Of a stretch of DNA of 21,294 bases, positions 10,534-20,427 are shown piece after piece. Both the position numbers and the translations under genes were made by a program. The notes beneath the pieces are model-generated. The model was not told the origin of the DNA. It did not search any database and saw only the letters and a program-made list of their open reading frames with translations. The number at the start of each line of letters is the position of its first letter. Position 1 is the stretch's first letter. Origin of the DNA: Octopus sinensis (taxonomy: Eukaryota); the NCBI RefSeq assembly GCF_006345805.1, contig NW_021823802.1, positions 1 through 21,294 of the forward strand, in the 5' to 3' direction.

Positions 10534-10573
10534 GTAATAATAATAATAGTAATAGTAATAATAATAATAACAA
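10503..10573. repeat. (TAA/TAG/CAA)n microsatellite
   Basis: Directly visible. Abuts the 3' tail of the minus-strand SINE at 10579. Confidence 0.9.
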
Positions 10574-10578
10574 CAGTG

Positions 10579-10783
10579 ATTCAAATTTTGGCACAAGGCC
10601 AATAATTTCGGGGGAAGGTAAGTTGATTACATCGACCACCCAGGACGTGAATGGTACTTATTTTATCGACCCCGAAAGTATGAAAGGCAGTCAACCCCCG
10701 ACGGAATTTGAACTCAGAATGTAATGACAGACGAAATGCCGCTATGCATTTTGGCCGGCGTGTTGACGATTCTGCCAGCTCAC
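10579..10783 (-). mobile_element. SINE family C, monomer with terminal tail
   Basis: Head GTGAGCTGGCAGAATCGTCAAC, B-box GTTCAAATTCC, the unit core, then tail GGCCTTGTGCCAAAATTTGAA running into (TAT)n. Confidence 0.85.
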
Positions 10784-11006
10784 ACCACAACACACACACA
10801 CACACACACACCACTCATGACTGTGTATGTGTGTACGTGTGTATCTAAGTGTGTGTGTGTGTGTGAGCGCTTGTGTATAAGAAAAGTATATTTACTAACA
10901 GAAGATATGCTATTAAAATAAATTATCTTTTGCATACCATTTTTTAAATCACTCTGTCGCCCTAATGAAATTCTTTACACACATGCATACACTCACACAC
11001 TGACAA

Positions 11007-11050
<44 letters not shown>

Positions 11051-11792
11051 TCAGTGTGATCTATATACTTTTATAGAGAGTGAGAGAGTTGTGGTAAATA
11101 TATATAGAGAGGGGGAAGTTTACCATGAGAAAACCGAAAACTGGATGATACAAAAATGTATGGAGATATTTTCTGTTGGTGTCACAGATATTGAAATTTT
11201 AAAATAAAGAGAAAAATTTCAAATTTGGTATATTGATATACTTTTTGATGCTGAATCCTACTTTGTGGTTCAGTTATGCCAAAAAAATAACTGCAGGAAA
11301 ATGTTACAGAGGTTTAAAGTTTGGTCATTTTTACCGAATCAGAAAACGGGATTTGTAGGTGTTAGCTGTGATAAAACGAAAGTAAACATGAGAAGACGAA
11401 ATTTTAGATAAAACAAATACACATAGAGAGGAATTGATAAAGAGTTTGGTAAATTATAGAGACAGTTTGATAATGAATGATACAGAGAAAGCAATTTATA
11501 GATCTAAAAAGTGAATTATTTCTCGTAGAAAATTACATATATATTTTTTTATTATAATTTACGGACGACATTGTCTTTGAAATGCAGATTTCGAAAATGA
11601 AATTCGTTTTTCTCGATAATGCGTAGTTACAGAGCATTTCGGATATATATATATAAATATGCGCACACACTAAATAAATGCTAGTGTATGTGGTTATGCC
11701 TGTGTGTTTTAATATTTGAGGGAATAAAATCCAAAACTTACAAGGAAAAAAATTCAATTTAGAAATACTAAATCAAATTTCACACAATATAA

Positions 11793-12109
11793 TATATATA
11801 TAAAAATTATCAAAAAAAACATCTTTTATCAATTCAAAATGAACAATTAAATTACACCATCAAGAAAATTACATATAATAGAAATATTGACATTAAAATA
11901 ACAATAGAATGTCAAAGATTAAGTAAATTGCAAAAAAAAAATAATAACTTTTATTATCATTATTATTTTTTTTTTTGCAATTCACTTAATCTTTGACATT
12001 TTATTGTTATTTTAATGTTAATATTTCTATTGTTTGTAATTTTCTGGATGGTGCAATTTAATTGTTCCTTTTGAATTGATAAAAGATGGGTTTTTTTCTA
12101 ATTTTATAT

Positions 12110-12114
<5 letters not shown>
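11793..12114. repeat. Long imperfect palindrome (~155-bp arms, ~12-nt spacer), foldback/MITE-like
   Basis: 11793-11947 is the reverse complement of 11960-12114 at roughly 90% identity (e.g. CATCTTTTATCAATTCAAAA / TTTTGAATTGATAAAAGATG). Flanked by (TA)n. Confidence 0.85.
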
Positions 12115-12143
<29 letters not shown>

Positions 12144-12144
<1 letters not shown>

Positions 12145-13516
12145 TGTATGTGTCTTCTATCTTATATATTCCCTACTGAGGAAGGACCCGGTTTCCTAAC
12201 AAAGATACAAGGCTCCAATCTTTGGGGTGCAGTTAACACAGACAAATTCACATTTGGAACTTGAGAAAAGTCTTGCATATTTTTATTGTTCCACTCACTA
12301 ATGTACGAATCAGCTGGTCAATTTCTATTTCTGAAATCCCGGTTTATCCAGATTCTCCTTCAAGCATTTACTAACTCCAATTATTATTGGTATGAAGCTG
12401 GAGGTTTCGAAGCAGTTGTTCATAGATATCTTCTTTTTCTTTGATTTTCAAAGAGATATTTATATCTGTAGGGCAGCTAACCTCTATAATGGTACACACC
12501 TTTTCCCCTCTGTCCCAAACAATATCCGGCCTGTTATGCTTACATTTGACAGAAGTTTTGATGGGAATATTCCACTAGTATTCCTTGAGTTGGTGTTTAT
12601 TAATGTATTCCATAACAGCGGGACTTTCTAAATTTATTTCAGGACAGTCTTTTTTGCGGACGGCATGGTAAATTGTTTTAGCAACAACATCGTGCTGCAT
12701 AGCAATGTAATACTGTGACGACATTTTAGGACGGCTGTTAATCACATGCGTAATGGCTTCCACAGAAACTTGACATAGCCTACACATACGGTTGTACCTT
12801 GGGATTACAAGTGCGTCACTTTCTCTCTCGTTCACCAGGTACTTTGTGGGAATCTCCCGTTCTTGGATTGCAAATGCATAGCCTTCAAAGTGTGATGTGA
12901 TGTAGTGGTCTTGTGTCCATGAGAGGCTGCGCTTCGTGTCAATTCTACCGTCTTCTTCAAGCCTCCGGGCAACATACCCATAGATGGTCTTTTTTTTTCT
13001 TTGTATGCTGAGTGCTTTCCATCCAGGTCTTCTCTAATGTAAGAGAGCCCAGCTGTTTTGGAGCTGTATAGGAGATCATCAGGAAGAGAGTGTTTCTTGA
13101 AGAGTTCATGCCAACTCGTACAATGTTGCTCACTTCACTTTTCAGGACTGCATTAATATATTTATTTTTTTCTGCTGTTGTTTAGCAGATGCTGCCTGAG
13201 TGATACCATTCGGCATTCGAAGGCCGTCTGCCACCTTCATTTCTTCTTAGGTAAAGCCTGTCAACATTACTGTTTCCATGGAAGTTCCCAGTTGTCAGAA
13301 CCTTGCATGTTTTGATATCTATGGGGTGGAATTCCTCTACAGGCCAATCAAGTATCCCAAACGTTGGGATCAGCACTGGTACTGCAAATGCAGTTCTGTA
13401 TATTATGCTGTTCTATGTACTGGGATACAAGTTGATATGTGGGTATTTTCAGGTAAGGTCTTAAATTTCAGGCTGGCAGTACTATAGGTTTTTCTCCGCT
13501 CTATGTACAAATGCAC
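12144..13516 (-). mobile_element. 5'-truncated decayed R4/Dong-like non-LTR retrotransposon (RT C-terminus, CCHC knuckle, RLE endonuclease)
   Basis: Minus frames give AFAVPVLIPTFGILDW, IDIKTCKVLT, VDRLYLRRNEGGR, CRLC..VEAITHV, QHDVVAKTI, WNIPI, HNRPDIV, IIEVSCP and GTIKICKTFLKF*. This is the motif order of RLE-encoding LINEs. Many stops and frameshifts. Confidence 0.85.
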
Positions 13517-13517
13517 A

Positions 13518-13793
13518 CGCCGAGGTCGACTTTGCCTTTCATCCTTTCGGGGTCGATAAATTAGGTACCAGTTACGCACTGAGGTCGATATAGTCGACTT
13601 AATCCGTTTGTCTCTCCTTGTTTGTACCCTCTGTGTGTAGCCCCTTGTGGGCAGTAAAGAAATAGGTATTTCGTCAGTTCTTACGTTCTGAGTTCAAATT
13701 CCGCCGAGGTCGACTTTGCCTTTCATCCTCTCATCCTTTCATGCCTTTCATCCAAAACATTTAGTGCCTTGTGCCAAGAGTAGAAACGAATAA
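13518..13793 (+). mobile_element. SINE family C, headless dimer with rearranged second unit
   Basis: Starts inside unit 1 at CGCCGAGGTCGAC. Junction AAAGAAATAGGTATTTC is present. The second unit has CTTTCATC reiterated about four times, then the terminal tail GCCTTGTGCCAAGAGTAGAA. Confidence 0.85.
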
Positions 13794-14574
13794 TGTTTAT
13801 GAGTATGTGTAGATGTTAGTGCTGTTAGTGTATTTAATTGTTGTTCTCGCCGAGCAAGTTTTCCAACCCACTACGACTGTCTCTCTTTATTTATTTCTTG
13901 TTATTTGACAAGTATGTATGCGTGCTTGTCCGTTCTTGCTTTTATTATTTTTGTTTATGTCGTGCAAATTTGTATTTCGAGATATGAGATTTTTTTGTCT
14001 TTATACTTTTGAGTGCATCTGATTGTTTCATTACCATTTACCTAGTTGTTGTATTTTTTCTTTTGTTTTATTTTGTTAGTCTTTTTTAAAAAATTATCCT
14101 CTTCGTGTATTCGAAGATTTCACGTCTTGTTTTGATGAAGTGTCCCCCTCCCCCCCCCCCCCCGTGCTTCTCATTTTTTTTTTTTTTTTGTCAACATCTT
14201 CCACCGTTCTTCAAGTAGAAGAAAATCTGCTGAATATTGACTATTTTGATTATTGAAAACAAAGAAATTAATATAAAATGTCGTGCGAAAGACAAATCTT
14301 CCGTCTACCCCATTATCGGTACAGACATCTTGACGTACCGAATTTCTTTGTAAAATCTTCCAAAATGAAAAGTTTTTAGCGGAATTCTGGTTTACGCACC
14401 TCATATATAACGCCTCATAACTTTTTTTTATGTTTTGAAATTTTCAAAACAAGTTTTGCGAATTTCTGTTTTTACAGGAATTCATACGATCATGCAAAAA
14501 AAACTCTTTTTGTGTGTATGATTTAAGGGTTATTTAGCTGTTATTTTTAGCATATTTCACAACCAGCTGATACC

Positions 14575-14978
14575 TATTTCTTTACTACCCACAAGGGGCT
14601 AAACACAGAGAGGACAAACAAGGACAGACAAACGGATTAAGTCGATTAGATCGACCCCAGTGTGTAACTGGTACTTATTTAATCGACACCGAAAGGATGA
14701 AAGGCAAAGTCGACCTCGGCGGAATTTGAACTCAGAACGTAGCGGCAGACGAAATACCTTTTTCTTTACTACCCACAGGGGGCTAAACACAGAGACGACA
14801 AACGGATTAAGTCGAGTATATCGACCCCAGTGCGTAGCTGGTAATTAGTTAATCGACCCCGAAAGGATGAAAGGCAAAGTCGACCTCGGCGGAATTTGAA
14901 CTCAGAACGTAGCGGCAGACGAAATACCGCTAAGCATTTCACCCGACGTGCTAACGTTTCTGCCAGCTCGCCGCCTTA
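14575..14978 (-). mobile_element. SINE family C, dimer
   Basis: Head at 14978-14930 plus two units. 14-bp TSD AACCAG(C/T)TGATACC at 14561-14574 and 14979-14992. Confidence 0.9.
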
Positions 14979-15484
14979 AACCAGTTGATACCGTCTACGT
15001 TTCTTTATCATTCTGACATATATTAATCTATTTTCAATATTTTTCCCCACATAAACACATTTAATGGAATCATGATGCACCCAAGGGTGCTCCATTGCTG
15101 GGATTGAAAGAAAATATTCATATTGTTTGTATTTTAAACTTTTTTTTATTCGAAAAAGAGTGGAATTTTTAGGATTTGTGGGGGAGGAGGAGGAGGTGTT
15201 TAAAAACTTCTTTTAAAATTTTTTCATAGTCGTGTGAAATTCTCGAGTATAGAGCACAAATCCGCAAATTCTTTTCTGAAAATTCCAAAACATGAAAAAT
15301 TATGAGTGACTATATAGGGTGCTTAGACCAGATTTCCACCATTTTTTTTTATATCTAGTAAAACCTTTATAATTATACAAATCTACCGGCGCCGTCACGG
15401 GGGACGTTTGCATGCAAACAAAACATAATAATTATTCGTTCTAATATAGCACAATGCCTGAATTCTGATTTGGTAGAGACAGCT

Positions 15485-15645
15485 GATTACATCAACGCCC
15501 AGAACTCGACTCTTACTTTTTTTATCGACTTCAAATGGATAAAAGTTTGAGATGATCTCGGCTGCATTTAAACTCAAAACGTAGAGCCCTGGAAGAAATA
15601 CTGCTAAGCATTTTGTCCGACGCACTAATGATTCTGTCAGCTCAC
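15485..15645 (-). mobile_element. Old, diverged SINE family C monomer
   Basis: GTGAGCTGACAGAATCATTAGTGCGTCGGACAAAATGCTTAGCAGTATTTC head and degenerate core. Confidence 0.7.
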
Positions 15646-15800
15646 TGATTTTACGTGCACCAGGATAGACCATTGAAATATATACCGACAACAGAATAAG
15701 CATTAACATAGGGATTACAAACGCCTGAGGATGTAAAACAAAGATACATGAAAACGCGGTGAGAGCAGAACGTTATACAATTAAAAAGTTTTTATCATTA

Positions 15801-16280
15801 GGCACAGGCGTGGCTATGTGGTATGAAGCTTGCTTCTCAACCACATAGTTCCGGGTTCAATCCCAGTGCATGGCACCTTGGACAAGTGTCTTCTACTATA
15901 GCTTCGGCCGACCAAAGCCTTATGAGTAGATTTTGTAGGCGGAAACTGAAAGAAGCCTGTCATATATATATATATATATATATAATTTTTTCTATATTTA
16001 CCTCCATCATTGTTTGAATTACATAGTAGTGGTTTTTCTCTAATTTATATATATATATATATATAGATAGATAGATAGATAGATAGATAGAAATAAGTGT
16101 GTGTGTGTTTCTTTGTGTTTATGATTGTGCCCCAGAATCGGTTGACAAGCCTCGTAACTTAGCGGTTCAGCAAAACAGTCCGATAGAATAAGTACAAGGC
16201 TTTAAAAAATGAGTATTGGTGGAGGGGGGGTCGATTCATTCGATTAAAAGCTCTTCAAAAACAAGTGAAGGATAAAAGAA
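15801..16280 (+). mobile_element. SINE family B (CORE-like) with internal microsatellite
   Basis: A-box TGGCTATGTGG, B-box GGTTCAATCCC and CORE-like ACCTTGGACAAGTG. Internal (TA)/(TAGA)/(GT) tract. The 3' half is CTTAGCGGTTC...GAATAAGTAC...GGGGTCGATTCATTCG...AAACAAGTGAAGGATAAAAGAA. Confidence 0.75.
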
Positions 16281-16358
16281 CCCCAATGCCCAACTGGTAC
16301 TTAGTTTATCATTCCTGAAAGGATGAAAAGCAAATTCAGCCTCGCCGGATTTTACTTC
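16281..16358 (-). mobile_element. SINE family C core fragment
   Basis: ACTGGTACTTAGTTTATC..CCTGAAAGGATGAAAAGCAAA matches the unit core in antisense. Confidence 0.6.
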
Positions 16359-16387
16359 AACAACAACAACAACAACAATAATATAAT

Positions 16388-16448
<61 letters not shown>

Positions 16449-16467
16449 CACAACAACAACAACAATA

Positions 16468-16502
<35 letters not shown>

Positions 16503-16516
16503 AATAATAATAATAT

Positions 16517-16550
<34 letters not shown>

Positions 16551-16590
16551 TTAATAATAATAATAATAATAATAATATAATATTAATAAT

Positions 16591-16621
<31 letters not shown>

Positions 16622-16652
16622 TTAATAATAATAATAATAAAATAATAATAAT

Positions 16653-16691
<39 letters not shown>

Positions 16692-16722
16692 TTAATAATA
16701 ATAATAATAATAATAATAATAT

Positions 16723-16762
<40 letters not shown>

Positions 16763-16784
16763 TTAATAATAACAACAACAACAC

Positions 16785-16818
<34 letters not shown>

Positions 16819-16827
16819 TTAAATAAT

Positions 16828-16858
<31 letters not shown>

Positions 16859-17044
16859 CAACAACAACAACAACAACACAACAACAATAATAATAATAAT
16901 AATAATAATATATAATAATTTAATAATAATAATAACAACAACAACAACAACAATAATAATAATAATAATAATAATAATATTAATAATAATAATAAAATAA
17001 TAATAATAAAATATTAATAAATAAATAACAACAACAACAACAAC

Positions 17045-17078
<34 letters not shown>

Positions 17079-17118
17079 TTATAACAATAACAATAACAAT
17101 AACAATAATAATAATAAT
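16359..17118. repeat. ~760-bp (TAA)n/(CAA)n compound microsatellite
   Basis: Directly visible, with recurring TATT interruptions. Confidence 0.95.
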
Positions 17119-17698
17119 CCGTTCTACTATAGACACAAGGCCTAGAATTTGAGGTAGAGGATAGTCGATTACATCGACCCCAGTGTTTCACTAGTACTTA
17201 ATTTATCGACCCCGAAAGGATGAAAGGCAAAAGCGATCACGGCGGAATTTGAACTCAGAACGTAGCGACAGACGAAATACCTATTTCTTTACTACCCACA
17301 AGGGGGTAAACACAGAGAGGACAAACAAGGACAGACAAACGGATTAAGTCGATTACATCGACTCCAGTGCGTAACTGGTACTTATTTAATCGACCCCGAA
17401 AGGATGAAAGGCAAAGTCGACCTCGGCGGAATTTGAACTCAGAACGTAGCGACGGGCAAAATACCTATTTCTTTACTACCCACAAGGGGCTAAACACGGT
17501 GGGGACAAATAAGGACAGATAAACGGATTAAGTCGATTACATCAACCCCAGCGTGTAACTGGTACTTATTTAATCGACCCCGAAAGGATGAAAGGCAAAG
17601 TCGACCTCGGCGGAATTTGAACTCAGAACGTAACGGCAGACGAAATACGGCTAAGCATTTCGTCCAGCGTGCTAATGATTCTACCAGCTCGCCGCCTT
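17119..17698 (-). mobile_element. SINE family C, trimer ending in terminal tail
   Basis: Head at 17698-17650 and units with a 184-bp period (CTATTTC at 17281 and 17465). The last unit ends GGCCTTGTGTCTATAGTAGAACGGA followed by (TTA)n. TAA tracts lie on both flanks. Confidence 0.9.
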
Positions 17699-17912
17699 AA
17701 TAATAGTAATAATAATGGTTTCAAATTTTATCATAACAGCGATAATAACAACAACAACGACTAGCGGGACACATTTCTAATATGGTGAATAAATTTATAT
17801 GGAACATCATAACATTGTTTCATTTATATTAAAGATTGCGATTGTGCCTGAAATTTCCTTCCATAGTTTCAAGAGTGTTAAAAGCACAACACTCAAACAC
17901 ATTGCATCAAAC

Positions 17913-17913
17913 A

Positions 17914-17955
<42 letters not shown>

Positions 17956-18078
17956 CAGCAGCAGCAGCAGTAGTTGTTGTTGTTGTTGTTGTTGTTGTAA
18001 CAGTAGTTTTAGTAGGAGGAGGAGAAGCAGGAAGCGGACTATTAGTTGTGATGGTGGTAGAGTTGATTGTGGTAAAAT

Positions 18079-18118
<40 letters not shown>

Positions 18119-18242
18119 TGTAGTAGTTGTTGTTGTTGTTGTTGTAACAGTAGTTGTAGTAGTAGTCGGAGAAGGAGGAAGCGAACTATTAGTTGTGATG
18201 GTGGTGGTGGTAGAGTTGATTGTGGTAAAAGTAGTAGTAGTA

Positions 18243-18288
<46 letters not shown>
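17913..18288. repeat. Compound trinucleotide repeat (GTA/GCA/GTT/GGA/GGT) with a duplicated ~120-bp module
   Basis: GTAACAGTAG...GGAAGCG(G/A)ACTATTAGTTGTGATGGTGGT...AGAGTTGATTGTGGTAAAA occurs twice (~17995-18078 and ~18140-18230). Confidence 0.9.
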
Positions 18289-18801
18289 TTCTGTTATTGT
18301 ATTACAATGCTGAGTAACGGCAGACTGTGCGCACTCTGTTATATCTCGAAGGAACGTCCATTAACATCGATGAAGTTAACGGCCATGAAAACGAAAATCA
18401 ACGTTTGACAGACAGCTTTTGATTTGTAATTAATGCATTTATTTATTTAATGTTATTGCTCTGTGCCTATTATTGTAAGTTATGCATTTGCAAATAGTTT
18501 GTACTCAATTTCTAACTGATCAGAGACAAAGCATAGCAAACTATGCAAATGAAAATCATATTATTCGGTCGAAAGTTAAAAGAGGAATATGTTCTGTGTA
18601 TTTGATGCAAATATATGTACGAAAATGGATCGAGCGAAGTTCCGCAGCGCCAGAAATAAGTAAACCAGCACCCAATAAAAACGATGTCGATTTACTTAGA
18701 GAGCTTGGCGCTTCAATTCCCGAAAATGAAACAAAAGACAATGTATAAATGCATAATGTAATAAATGAATAAAATGTATGAAACGAATACTTTCCCATAC
18801 T

Positions 18802-19186
18802 GTGTGGAGCACTCCGTCAGTTACGGACGATGGAGGGTTCCGTTGATCCGAATCAACGGAACAGCCTGCTCGTGAAATTAACGTGTAAGTGGCTGAGCAC
18901 TCCAAAGAACATGTACCCGACGTAGTTCTCGGGTATATTCAGCGTGACACAGAGAGTGACAAGGCCGGCCCTTGAAATACAGGTACAACAGAAACAAAAA
19001 AGTAAGAGTGAGAGAAAGTTGTGGTGAAAGAGTACAGCAGGGATCACAACCATCCCCTGCCGGAGCATCGTGGAGCTTTAGGTGTTTTCGCCCAATAAAC
19101 ACTCACAACGCCCGGTCTGGGAATTGAAACCGCGATCCTACGACCGCGAGTCCGCTGCCCTAACCACTGGGCCATTGCGCCTCCAC
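18802..19186 (-). mobile_element. tRNA-derived SINE, family A, tail type 3 (full length)
   Basis: Collinear with the 5938 copy in the opposite orientation. Flanked by a 41-bp direct repeat at 18761-18801 and 19189-19229 (1 mismatch). Confidence 0.9.
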
Positions 19187-19290
19187 GTATAAATGAATAA
19201 AATGTATGAGACGAATACTTTCCCATACTACATACATACTTTACAGCTACACTCCATCCCCAAGAGCGTAGGCTGGCAAATATACACTTT

Positions 19291-19721
19291 GGATCTTTTC
19301 GGTTTGAACGGCAGTTTTTTTAATATAATTTCCACGTAACTAAACACTTTTAAACTTCGTATACTGGTAGAATGTGTTTATGAAACATCTTTTTCTCTTG
19401 GCTTTATTGAGAAAATTCTATAGCTTGTAAGATATTTGTTTGTTTTTTTTCTTCAATTTCTGCAATTTCAACCAATCAATGACGTCTACTGGAGGTGAAA
19501 ACATTCTGTGCCGTATGAATATGTCCCTTGTTTAAGAAACAGACTGGGTTTATTTACATTTGTGAAGAAAAAAAAGATACCCTCCCCCCCACCCCTAACC
19601 CTAACTAACCCTAACCCTAAAACAGATTGAAATGCAATAGATCGATTCTAGGGTCATAATTATGGGTGACAATTTCATATGACACCGCTAGAAAAAACTG
19701 CCGTTCAAACCGAAAAGATCC
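19291..19721. mobile_element. Second copy of the Merlin-like TTAGGG-bearing MITE (inverted relative to 6652)
   Basis: Perfect 30-bp TIR GGATCTTTTCGGTTTGAACGGCAGTTTTTT. Flanks TACACTTT / TGCACGTT (6/8 match, decayed TSD). CCCTAA repeats at 19593-19620. Confidence 0.85.
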
Positions 19722-19886
19722 TGCACGTTCGTATCTGGAGAGAGAATAGCTCGAACCTGGAAGCAACTTTGAATCCAAACAGAATTGCAAATTTTAGATA
19801 CACTAAACAAAAAAACCAAGACATCAGATTTAGAAATAGAAAATTTAAAAGAATTTTATTTGAAAATACAAGCAAAGAACAAATAA

Positions 19887-20427
19887 GTATATTTCTTTAC
19901 TACCCACAAGGGGCTAAACACAGAGAGGACAAACAAGGACAGACACACGGATTAAGTCGATTATATCGACCCCAGTGCGTAACTGGTACTTATTTAATAG
20001 ACCCCGAAAGGATGAAAGGCAAAGTCGACCACGGCGGAATTTGAACTCAGAACGTAGCGGCAAACGAAATACCTATTTTTTTTACTACCCACAAGGGGCT
20101 AAACACAGAGAGGACAAACAAGGACAGACAAACGGATTAAGTCGATTATATCGACCCCAGTATGCAACTGGTACTTATTTAATCGACCCCGAAAGGATGA
20201 AAGGCAAAGTCGACCACGGCGGAATTTGAACTCAGAACGTAGCGGCAAACGAAATACCTATTTCTTTTACTACCCACAAGTGCGTAACTGGTACTTATTT
20301 AATCGACCCTGAAAGGATGAAAGGCAAAGTCGACCTCGGCGGAATTTGAGCTCAGAACGTAGCGGCAGACGAAATACGGCTACGCATTTTGTCCGACGTG
20401 CTAACGTTTCTGCCAGCTCGCCGCCTT
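19887..20427 (-). mobile_element. SINE family C, trimer
   Basis: Head at 20427-20380. TACCCACAAG at 19901, 20086 and 20271 gives a 185-bp period. The head-proximal unit has an internal deletion at 20280/20281. 13-bp TSD AAAGAACAAATAA at 19874-19886 and 20428-20440. Confidence 0.9.

Noticed and set aside
17119-17698. Regular tandem units as a CRISPR-like array
   Set aside because: There are no unique spacers, the units are ~184-bp SINE segments, and the context is eukaryotic. I also found no CUGAnGA hammerhead core in either strand of the unit.
18482-18748. 88-aa ORF with a protein-like C-terminus (APEISKPAPNKNDVDLLRELG)
   Set aside because: No recognisable domain and no convincing splice sites. 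Cannot be supported without homology or RNA data.
19261-19280. AAGAGCGTAGGCT, a 13-nt match to the hammerhead-like motif at 1645-1657
   Set aside because: Lacks the core and GAAAC, and there is no flanking similarity.
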